From assembly GCA_031423615.1 (NCBI GenBank), contig JANPFV010000104.1, positions 32,170 through 96,169 on the forward strand: a stretch of 64,000 nucleotides of DNA, written 5' to 3'. The stretch's first letter is position 1. Each line of letters opens with the position of its first letter. Made by a program: the position numbers and the translations under genes. Origin of the DNA: Candidatus Omnitrophota bacterium. GTDB lineage: Bacteria > Omnitrophota > Gorgyraeia > Zapsychrales > JANLHA01. This document shows positions 57,060-64,000 of this stretch, one piece after another. The notes under the pieces are model-generated. The model saw only the letters and a program-made list of their open reading frames with translations. It was not told the origin of the DNA and did not search any database.

Positions 57060-57877
57060 AAAAACTATTCCCTTTTTTATTTTTTATTTTTCTTGCCGCG
57101 CCCGCATCGGCCCAGCGGGGTGCTCAGCAATTCGAAAAATTCAATCTCCAGGGCTATACCGACGCCGGGGTCAAGGCCTGGGATGTCAAGGGCGACACGG
57201 CGCAGATCGAAGGAAACAAGGTCAACATGAACAATGTCGACGCCAACCGGTATGGCGAACAGCGGGTTAATCTGACCGCGGCCAGAGGGACATTGGATAA
57301 AGCGAACGGCAATGTCCATTTGGAGCAGGATGTTGTCATTACTTCCCAAAACAACGGTGGCCAACTTAAGACGGATTATTTAGACTGGGACAAAAATAAG
57401 GACATCGTAAAAACTGATGCACCGGTTGTCATTACTGATCCGGCCCAGGGCATGACCGCGACGGGCATTGGATTGAAAGCTCATCCGGGATTGCAGACCG
57501 CGCAGATGCAGGAAGATGTTAAGGTCACGGTTGTTTCCCAAAAAACGAATGTCCAGACCGTTACCATCACTTGCGACGGCCCGATGGAAATCGATCAAAA
57601 AAAGAACAAAGCCACTTTTACCAAGAATGTTGTTGCTGTCGAAACGGATCGGACATTGAAGGCGGACTTGATGGAAGTCTTTTTTGATCCGGTGACTAAT
57701 AAAATTAAAGAAGCCGTGTGTACGGGCCATGTGCAAATTCTTCAAGGAGGCAATATTACCTATTCGGACAAAGCGGTTTACAACGGCACGGATCAAACTT
57801 TGACCTTGGTCGGCCGGCCGAAGCTCATTATGGTCACGGGTGACAAGGGAATCATGCCGAATTTAAAGGAAAAATAA
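57056..57877 (+). CDS. LptC-LptA (OstA-like) fusion protein
   Basis: sits between kdsC and lptB; LptC-like half (W.VKG..A, LKTDYLDWD, TDAPV) then LptA-like half (ITCDG.MEID, ATF..NV, GHVQI.Q, SDKAVY, LTLVGRP). Confidence 0.8.
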   Translation: MKKLFPFLFFIFLAAPASAQRGAQQFEKFNLQGYTDAGVKAWDVKGDTAQIEGNKVNMNNVDANRYGEQRVNLTAARGTLDKANGNVHLEQDVVITSQNNGGQLKTDYLDWDKNKDIVKTDAPVVITDPAQGMTATGIGLKAHPGLQTAQMQEDVKVTVVSQKTNVQTVTITCDGPMEIDQKKNKATFTKNVVAVETDRTLKADLMEVFFDPVTNKIKEAVCTGHVQILQGGNITYSDKAVYNGTDQTLTLVGRPKLIMVTGDKGIMPNLKEK

Positions 57878-58042
57878 ACGCGATATGTAAGTTTTGCTGA
57901 TTCGACTAGTCAGCAAGCATCAATCATCAATCATAACGATAGATTAAAACTTGCACAGGGCGTAAAATAATTTTTCCCCCTATTTTAAGTTTAAAGAATT
58001 TCTAGAATCCGTTAGGCAGGGCCCTTTTTCTTTAAGAAAGTA

Positions 58043-58072
58043 TTGCGAAATTTTTGAAACGCGGTATATAAT
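58043..58072 (+). promoter_or_regulatory. putative sigma70 promoter for lptB
   Basis: TTGCGA, 18-nt spacer, TATAAT; SD AAGGA before ATG 58099. Confidence 0.5.
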
Positions 58073-58098
58073 CACTTCTTTGTTGGTTAAAGGACAAA

Positions 58099-58827
58099 AT
58101 GTCGCTTCATCTTCTTGAAACGCGGAGTCTCACGAAAAGTTATGGCGGCCGCAAAGTCGTTGACGGCTTGAGCATTTCGGTGGGACGTTCCGAGATCGTC
58201 GGTATTTTGGGTCCTAATGGCGCGGGAAAAACCACATCATTTTATATGATCGTGGGGATAATCCAGCCGGATTTGGGTCAGATCCATTTTGACCAGATGG
58301 ACATCACCAAGAAACCGATCCATGAGCGTTGCAAGCTGGGCATGGGATATTTGGCCCAGGAATCATCGATCTTTCGTAAATTAACTGTTCAGGAAAATAT
58401 TCTCGCGGTTTTAGAAACCCTGGATATTAGCCCGCGCGAACGTAAGAAACGGCTTAACAGTTTGCTTGAAGAATTGAATATCGGGCATTTGGCTAAATCG
58501 AAAGCGTATACATTGTCCGGCGGAGAACGCCGCCGTTTGGAAATTACGCGGGCCTTGGTCACCAATCCATCATTTTTACTGTTGGATGAACCGTTTTCCG
58601 GTATCGATCCTATTGTCGTCGCAGAAGCTCAGGACATTATCCGCGATTTGAAGAAAAAGGGCTTGGGGATTTTGTTGACCGATCACAATGTCCGCGAAAC
58701 TCTTTCGATCACCGACCGGGCTTATCTCGTCGCCGACGGCAAGCTTTTGATTTCCGGCACCGCGGAGGATTTGATCAATAATCCCAAGGCCAAGCAGATT
58801 TATTTGGGTGAAAAATTTAGGATGTAG
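58099..58827 (+). CDS. lptB: LPS export ABC ATPase
   Basis: GPNGAGKTTSFYM, YLAQE.SIFRKL, LSGGERRR.EI, DEPF.GIDP, TDHNVRETL, YLGE.F. Confidence 0.97.
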   Translation: MSLHLLETRSLTKSYGGRKVVDGLSISVGRSEIVGILGPNGAGKTTSFYMIVGIIQPDLGQIHFDQMDITKKPIHERCKLGMGYLAQESSIFRKLTVQENILAVLETLDISPRERKKRLNSLLEELNIGHLAKSKAYTLSGGERRRLEITRALVTNPSFLLLDEPFSGIDPIVVAEAQDIIRDLKKKGLGILLTDHNVRETLSITDRAYLVADGKLLISGTAEDLINNPKAKQIYLGEKFRM

Positions 58828-58920
58828 AATAAGTCGTAATGAGAACCCCTCGTCCCGTGCAGGGATTCGGGTTTGGGTGTACTTAACGGTATAAACCAGA
58901 TAAAAAAGAGGACATCAATA

Positions 58921-59880
58921 ATGAAAGTTGCTGTAAAGAAAGTCGATGCTATAAAACGTGAATTGTCATTTGAAATTCCCAAGGACCGCGTCGCCGCGGC
59001 CCATGCGCAAGTCATGAGTGAAATCACCCGAGTCGCTAAGGTGAAAGGTTTTCGTCCGGGTAAAGCTCCCCGTCAAATGATTGAAGCCCAGCATGGCCCT
59101 TTAGCGCGTGAGGAAGTTATTAAAAAACTTATTCCCGAAGTTTATCATGAGGGGATTGCCCAAGAAAAGATTGATGCTTTGGACCTTCCGGAAATCCACG
59201 ATGTGGAGTATAAAGATGGGTTGATTCGTTTTAAGGCCCATGTGGACATCAAACCGGAAATTAAACTCGGTCATTATAAGGGACTGAAAGTCACCCGCCG
59301 AAGTTCCAAAGTGACCGACGAAGAATTGGAAAAAACCCTGGAGTATTTCAAGAAAGGTCAAGGCGGTGAAAAGGAAGGGACTGTTGGCTCTCATGCCGGG
59401 CACTCGCCGCAGCTTGACGATGATTTTGCTAAAAGTCTGGGTTATCCCAGTTTGGCGCAATACAAAGAATCTTTGACCCGGCAGATAGAAATAGAAAAGG
59501 ACAGGCAGAATCGTATCGACATCGAGAACCAAATTATTGATGCCTTGATCAAGGATGCTCAATTGGCTGTTCCGGAAATTTTGGTCAAACGCCAACTGGA
59601 TCATCGACTTCACGATATGCAGCATCGCCTCAAGGACCAAGGCTTTCCGGAAACTGAAATCAAAAAGCGCGAAGACGAAATGCGCAAAGAATTTGCCGCG
59701 ACCGCAGAGAAGGACGTGAAGGTTTATTTGATTCTGGACGCCATTGCCAAGGCGGAAGGTATTCACACCCATTCGGAAAATGAAAGTCTGCCGGCAAAAG
59801 TCATGGCCTTCTTATTAAAGGAAGCTAAATGGGAAGAAGCCAAGGACGAAAAAGAAACTCACGATTTAAAGAAGAAATAG
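58921..59880 (+). CDS. tig: trigger factor lacking the FKBP PPIase domain
   Basis: ribosome-binding GFRPGKAP, LDDDFAKSLG, LILDAIAKAEGI; only 319 aa; precedes clpP. Confidence 0.9.
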   Translation: MKVAVKKVDAIKRELSFEIPKDRVAAAHAQVMSEITRVAKVKGFRPGKAPRQMIEAQHGPLAREEVIKKLIPEVYHEGIAQEKIDALDLPEIHDVEYKDGLIRFKAHVDIKPEIKLGHYKGLKVTRRSSKVTDEELEKTLEYFKKGQGGEKEGTVGSHAGHSPQLDDDFAKSLGYPSLAQYKESLTRQIEIEKDRQNRIDIENQIIDALIKDAQLAVPEILVKRQLDHRLHDMQHRLKDQGFPETEIKKREDEMRKEFAATAEKDVKVYLILDAIAKAEGIHTHSENESLPAKVMAFLLKEAKWEEAKDEKETHDLKKK

Positions 59881-59955
59881 TTTGCGGCTGTCCGAGAGAT
59901 TTTTGCGCTACCGGCAGCCTGCTAAGATTTTTAAAATATAACTAAAGGAGCGACA

Positions 59956-60570
59956 ATGGATGTGATATCTCAATACCTGGTTCCGATGGTCGTTGAAAAA
60001 AGTGGACACGGAGAACGGGCTTATGACATTTACTCGCGTCTTCTGAAGGACCGGATCATTTTTATCGGTACGGCCATCGATGATAATGTGGCGAATCTGA
60101 TCATTGCCCAACTGCTGTTTTTGCAAAGCGAAGATGCCAGCAAGGATATTAATATTTATGTCAATAGCCCGGGCGGTTCGGTCACTGCGGGGCTGGCCAT
60201 TTATGACACCATTCAATTTATTAAACCGGATGTCAGCACTTACTGCATTGGTCAGGCCGCCAGTATGGGGGCTGTTCTCCTCGCGGCGGGGACCAAGGGA
60301 AAAAGATATTCTCTTCCTTATTCGCGGATCATGATCCATCAACCTTGGGGCGGGGCGCAGGGGACGGCCAGCGATATTTCTATTCAAGCCAAGGAAATTT
60401 TGCGTATGAAGGAAGAATTGACAAAACTTTTGGCCCATCATACGGGTCAAAGTGTCGAAAAGATCGCCGCCGATACCGACCGTGATTTTTTCATGTCCGC
60501 TCAAGAAGCCAAAGCCTATGGTCTTGTCGACGAGGTTTTGTATACCGTCAAAGATATTAAAAAGAAGTAA
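59956..60570 (+). CDS. clpP: ATP-dependent Clp protease proteolytic subunit
   Basis: [46 protein letters not shown]. Confidence 0.98.
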   Translation: MDVISQYLVPMVVEKSGHGERAYDIYSRLLKDRIIFIGTAIDDNVANLIIAQLLFLQSEDASKDINIYVNSPGGSVTAGLAIYDTIQFIKPDVSTYCIGQAASMGAVLLAAGTKGKRYSLPYSRIMIHQPWGGAQGTASDISIQAKEILRMKEELTKLLAHHTGQSVEKIAADTDRDFFMSAQEAKAYGLVDEVLYTVKDIKKK

Positions 60571-60591
60571 TTTTTTTGAAAGGAAAGTAAA

Positions 60592-61731
60592 ATGAAACGC
60601 ACCTTGCTTTTGACACCCGGTCCGACACAAGTCCCTGCCCGTTTGTGCGAAGTTCTGGGTCGTCCCATCATCCATCACCGTACCCCGCAGTTTCAGGCTT
60701 TGCTTAAAGAAGCGGTCGAGGGACTGAAGTATGTTTTGCAGACTCAAAATGAAGTTTATATTTTGGCTTCGTCGGGAACGGGGGCGATGGAGGCGAGTGT
60801 GGTTTCTTTTTTATCTCCTGGCGATAAAGTCGTTATCGCGGAAGCGGGAAAGTTCGGTGAACGCTGGGGTGAGATGTGCAAAGCTTATGGTATTCACGCG
60901 CAAATTCTTAAGGCCCCGTGGGGACAGAATGTTTCGCTGGTTGACATTAAAAAAGCCCTCGATGCTGACCAAAGCATTAAGGCCGTTTTTGCCACTCATA
61001 GCGAAACATCGACGGGGACTAATGCCGATATTCAAGGCCTCGGCCGGCTGGTCAAAGATTATCCCGCAGTTTTGATTGTTGACGCCGTGAGCGGTTTGGG
61101 CGTTCAGGATTTACAAACCGATCAATGGCACGTCGATGTCGTCTGCTCGGCTTCGCACAAAGGTTTGATGCTTCCACCCGGAGTGGCTTTCTTGTCGGTT
61201 TCGCCCAAAGCGGACGCCTTATTGGAAACATCCAAAACCCCTAAATTTTATTTTGATATTCGTAAATATAAAAAGGCCTGGATGCAAGTTGATACGCCAT
61301 TTACACCGTCGATTGGCATTGTGATTGCGCTGGTGGAAAGTTTGAAAATGGTCAAAGAAACCGGCATCGACACTATGTTCTCCCGCTATGCTCGTTTAGC
61401 GAAAGGCACCCGTGCGGCGGCGTTGGCCTTAGGCTTGTCGCTTTTTGCGGAGGAGAGTGCCATTTCCAATGTCTTGACTGCAATCCGTGTTCCCGATAAT
61501 ATCGACGGAGAAAAGGTCCTCAAAATGATGCGCGACACCCACGGCATTTCCGTTGCGCCAGGGCAAGATGCGGTCAAAGGAAAAATCATCCGCATTGCCC
61601 ATATGGGAGTCATTGATGAATACGACATTCTGACCGGCATTGCCTGTTTGGAAAAAGTTTTGCAACAGCTCGGCCACAAATTTGAAATGGGTGCCGGTGT
61701 GGCCGCGGCCCAAAAAGTTTTTAATCCCTGA
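60592..61731 (+). CDS. class V PLP aminotransferase (serine-pyruvate/alanine-glyoxylate type; probable SerC substitute)
   Basis: LLTPGPT, HHR, SGTGAME, HSETSTG, VDAVS, ASHKGLMLPPG, RIAHMG; upstream of serA. Confidence 0.88.
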   Translation: MKRTLLLTPGPTQVPARLCEVLGRPIIHHRTPQFQALLKEAVEGLKYVLQTQNEVYILASSGTGAMEASVVSFLSPGDKVVIAEAGKFGERWGEMCKAYGIHAQILKAPWGQNVSLVDIKKALDADQSIKAVFATHSETSTGTNADIQGLGRLVKDYPAVLIVDAVSGLGVQDLQTDQWHVDVVCSASHKGLMLPPGVAFLSVSPKADALLETSKTPKFYFDIRKYKKAWMQVDTPFTPSIGIVIALVESLKMVKETGIDTMFSRYARLAKGTRAAALALGLSLFAEESAISNVLTAIRVPDNIDGEKVLKMMRDTHGISVAPGQDAVKGKIIRIAHMGVIDEYDILTGIACLEKVLQQLGHKFEMGAGVAAAQKVFNP

Positions 61732-61742
61732 AAGGTCCTGTC

Positions 61743-63326
61743 ATGAAAATTCTCGTCAGCGATAAACTCGCTAATGAAGGTTTAGATATTTTAAGAGCGG
61801 TAAAAGAATTCCAGGTCGACTTAAAGCCGGGAATGACTCCGGCGGAACTGAAAGCCATTATCAAAGATTATGATGCTTTAATCGTCCGCAGTGAAACCAA
61901 GGTCACGGCGGAAATTCTCGAAGCCGCTGATAAATTGAAAGTCATTGGCCGGGCCGGTGTCGGGTTGGATAATATTGATCTTCCTGCCGCCACAAAAAAA
62001 GGTGTCGTGGCCATGAATACACCGGCGGGGAACACGACTTCGACGGCCGAACATACTTTGAGTCTGATTTTGGCATTGTCGCGTAACATCGCCCAAGCCG
62101 CGTCATCGATGAAGGCGGGAAAGTGGGACCGATCTAAATTTAGCGGGGTTGAGCTTTACGGAAAAACTTTAGGGATCATCGGTCTGGGACGTATTGGGGC
62201 CACGGTCGCCGGTTTTGCAAAAGCCTTCGGAATGAAAGTTTTTGCTTTTGATCCTTTTTTGTCCAAGGACGTCGCGGCCAAAATGGGCATCGAAATTGTC
62301 GAGTTTGAGAAATTGATCAAGGAATCCGATTATATCACCGTCCATATTCCTAAAACGCCCGAAACAACCGACATCATTTCCGAAAAAGAATTTACCCTGA
62401 TGAAGAAAAGCGTTCGCGTTCTCAATTGCGCGCGCGGCGGGATCATCAATGAAAAAGCATTGATTAAAGCTTTGGAAGAAAAGCGGATTGCCGGATGCGC
62501 TTTGGATGTTTTTGAAGTTGAGCCTTTGCCGGTGGATTCGCCGCTTTTAAAATTTGATAATTGCATTATGACGCCGCATTTAGGAGCCTCGACGAGCGAA
62601 GCCCAGGTCAATGTCGCCATTGAAATTGCCGAAACGGTAAAAAATGCGCTATTAGGTCACGGCATTATGAACGCGGCTAACTTTCCGTCGTTAAGCGGTG
62701 AAGCATACAAAGTTTTAGCACCCTACATCGACCTTGCTGAACGCATCGGGAAATTTGCCGGTCAATTAATTAACGGCCGACTCAGTGGTGTAAAGATAAC
62801 TTGTAGTGGAGTCATGACCGAATACAAAGTCGCACCCATTACTTTAGCGACGCTTAAAGGTCTTTTAACACCTATTCTGGGTGAAACTGTGAATTCCATT
62901 AATTCTTACGAGGTTGCTCGTCAACGCGGGATTAATGTTCAGGAAATTCAATCTACGGAAAAGACAGAGTTTGTAAATCTGCTAAGTATTGAAATCGCGA
63001 CCGATAAGGAAACATTTACGGTGTGGGGGACGCTTTCTGCAAATTTACAGCCACGCATCGTTCGCGTAAACAATGTTTATGTGGAAACGAACCCGGATGG
63101 TTACATGCTTTTTATCAATAACAATGACAAGCCGGGTATCGTCGGCGGCGTGGGAATGGTCTTGGCTGAGAATCATGTCAATATTGCCAGCATTACTCTG
63201 GGACGTGAGTCGGCGGGTAAACTGGCGGTCAGTGTTGTCAACGTCGACAGCGAAGTCTCGCCGGCCGTCATTGAGAAAATTAAAAAGATGCCCAATATTT
63301 TATTTGTGAAATTGATCAAGATTTAA
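61743..63326 (+). CDS. serA: D-3-phosphoglycerate dehydrogenase (long ASB-ACT type)
   Basis: GRAGVGLDN, GLGRIG, NCARGG, TPHLGAST.EAQ, ACT domain DKPGIVG. Confidence 0.97.
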   Translation: MKILVSDKLANEGLDILRAVKEFQVDLKPGMTPAELKAIIKDYDALIVRSETKVTAEILEAADKLKVIGRAGVGLDNIDLPAATKKGVVAMNTPAGNTTSTAEHTLSLILALSRNIAQAASSMKAGKWDRSKFSGVELYGKTLGIIGLGRIGATVAGFAKAFGMKVFAFDPFLSKDVAAKMGIEIVEFEKLIKESDYITVHIPKTPETTDIISEKEFTLMKKSVRVLNCARGGIINEKALIKALEEKRIAGCALDVFEVEPLPVDSPLLKFDNCIMTPHLGASTSEAQVNVAIEIAETVKNALLGHGIMNAANFPSLSGEAYKVLAPYIDLAERIGKFAGQLINGRLSGVKITCSGVMTEYKVAPITLATLKGLLTPILGETVNSINSYEVARQRGINVQEIQSTEKTEFVNLLSIEIATDKETFTVWGTLSANLQPRIVRVNNVYVETNPDGYMLFINNNDKPGIVGGVGMVLAENHVNIASITLGRESAGKLAVSVVNVDSEVSPAVIEKIKKMPNILFVKLIKI

Positions 63327-63335
63327 GGAAAATTT

Positions 63336-64000
63336 ATGCCAAAAGCAAAAAAAAAGATTGAGAATATTGTTGTCGTCGGTGCCCAATGGGGTGATGAAGG
63401 AAAGGGAAAATTGATCGATTTCCTTTCTCAGGATGTGGACATCATTGCCCGTTATCAGGGCGGGAACAATGCCGGGCACACGGTCGTTGTGGGCGAGAAG
63501 GAATATATCTTTCATCTTTTGCCGTCAGCGATTTTACACAAGAAAAAAGTGTGTGTCATCGGCAATGGGGTCGTCGTTGATCCTAAAGCTTTATTAGGAG
63601 AAATCGAAGACCTTAAGCAGAAAAAGATCCATGTGACAACCCGCCAGCTCAAGGTCTCGGGGTTGTGTCATATTGTTATGCCCTATCACCGTATTCTCGA
63701 CGGTTTACGCGAATCGGTCCGTAAAAATAAAATCGGTACGACAGGGCGCGGGATTGGGCCGTGCTATTCCGATAAAGTGGCCCGCTGCGGGATCCGCATG
63801 ATTGATCTTTTAAACCCCGCTGTTCTCAAAGTCAAGCTGGAAGACAATCTCACGGAAAAGAATGAAATCTTCAGTAAGGTTTTTAAGCAAAAGGATTTTG
63901 ATTTCACGACGGTGTATGAAGAATATTTAAATTATGGGAAATTGCTGGGGCCGTATGTTTGTGATACGACGATATTTTTAAATCGCGCCATCGCGGCTAA
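63336..64000 (+). CDS. purA: adenylosuccinate synthetase (truncated by window end; not in ORF track)
   Basis: manual translation MPKAKKKIENIVVVGAQWGDEGKGK...RYQGGNNAGHT...IGTTGRGIGP; frame open to the window edge. Confidence 0.97.
   Translation, partial: MPKAKKKIENIVVVGAQWGDEGKGKLIDFLSQDVDIIARYQGGNNAGHTVVVGEKEYIFHLLPSAILHKKKVCVIGNGVVVDPKALLGEIEDLKQKKIHVTTRQLKVSGLCHIVMPYHRILDGLRESVRKNKIGTTGRGIGPCYSDKVARCGIRMIDLLNPAVLKVKLEDNLTEKNEIFSKVFKQKDFDFTTVYEEYLNYGKLLGPYVCDTTIFLNRAIAA

Noticed and set aside
59101-60747. 223-aa and 279-aa antisense ORFs over tig and clpP
   Set aside because: Fully overlap unambiguous genes on the opposite strand; typical codon-bias shadows.
63998-64000. TAA at the window end as a premature purA stop
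   Set aside because: Out of frame (the frame reads ...GCG GCT AA); the gene continues beyond the window.

Overview
A gene-dense core-chromosome segment of a diderm (LPS-producing) bacterium, almost all on the + strand. Gene order and protein styles suggest PVC group / Ca. Omnitrophota, but this is inference only. In order: a MoxR-DUF58-BatABCDE operon ending in a 22-Cys secreted protein; a minus-strand block (gnnA-like, lpxB, DUF4914 PEPCK-like protein, beta-carbonic-anhydrase-like protein); msbA with a LolA-like / beta-barrel pair; rpsB-tsf-pyrH-frr; tRNA-Lys/Leu/Gly; a regulatory PTS cluster with yvcK; metK-ahcY; a ~4.6 kb accessory-looking islet (heavy-metal-type two-component system, ATTAC-N6-GTAAT box, secreted FN3-like protein, orphan ORF, degenerate NadD-fold protein); pfkA, ilvC, leuA, aroE, pilD, aroK, dprA, topA, xerC; a large lipid A/core/Kdo/Lpt cluster with three gene fusions; tig-clpP; an aminotransferase, serA and a truncated purA. 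No CRISPR array, transposase, prophage or rRNA was seen. Best leads: the DUF4914 + carbonic anhydrase pair, the metal-box-controlled islet, the degenerate NadD-fold protein, the LpxL-ELM1 and LptC-LptA fusions, a 4x13-bp GGA repeat behind tRNA-Leu, and structured leaders before metK and leuA. All protein calls come from motif recognition by eye, without database searches.
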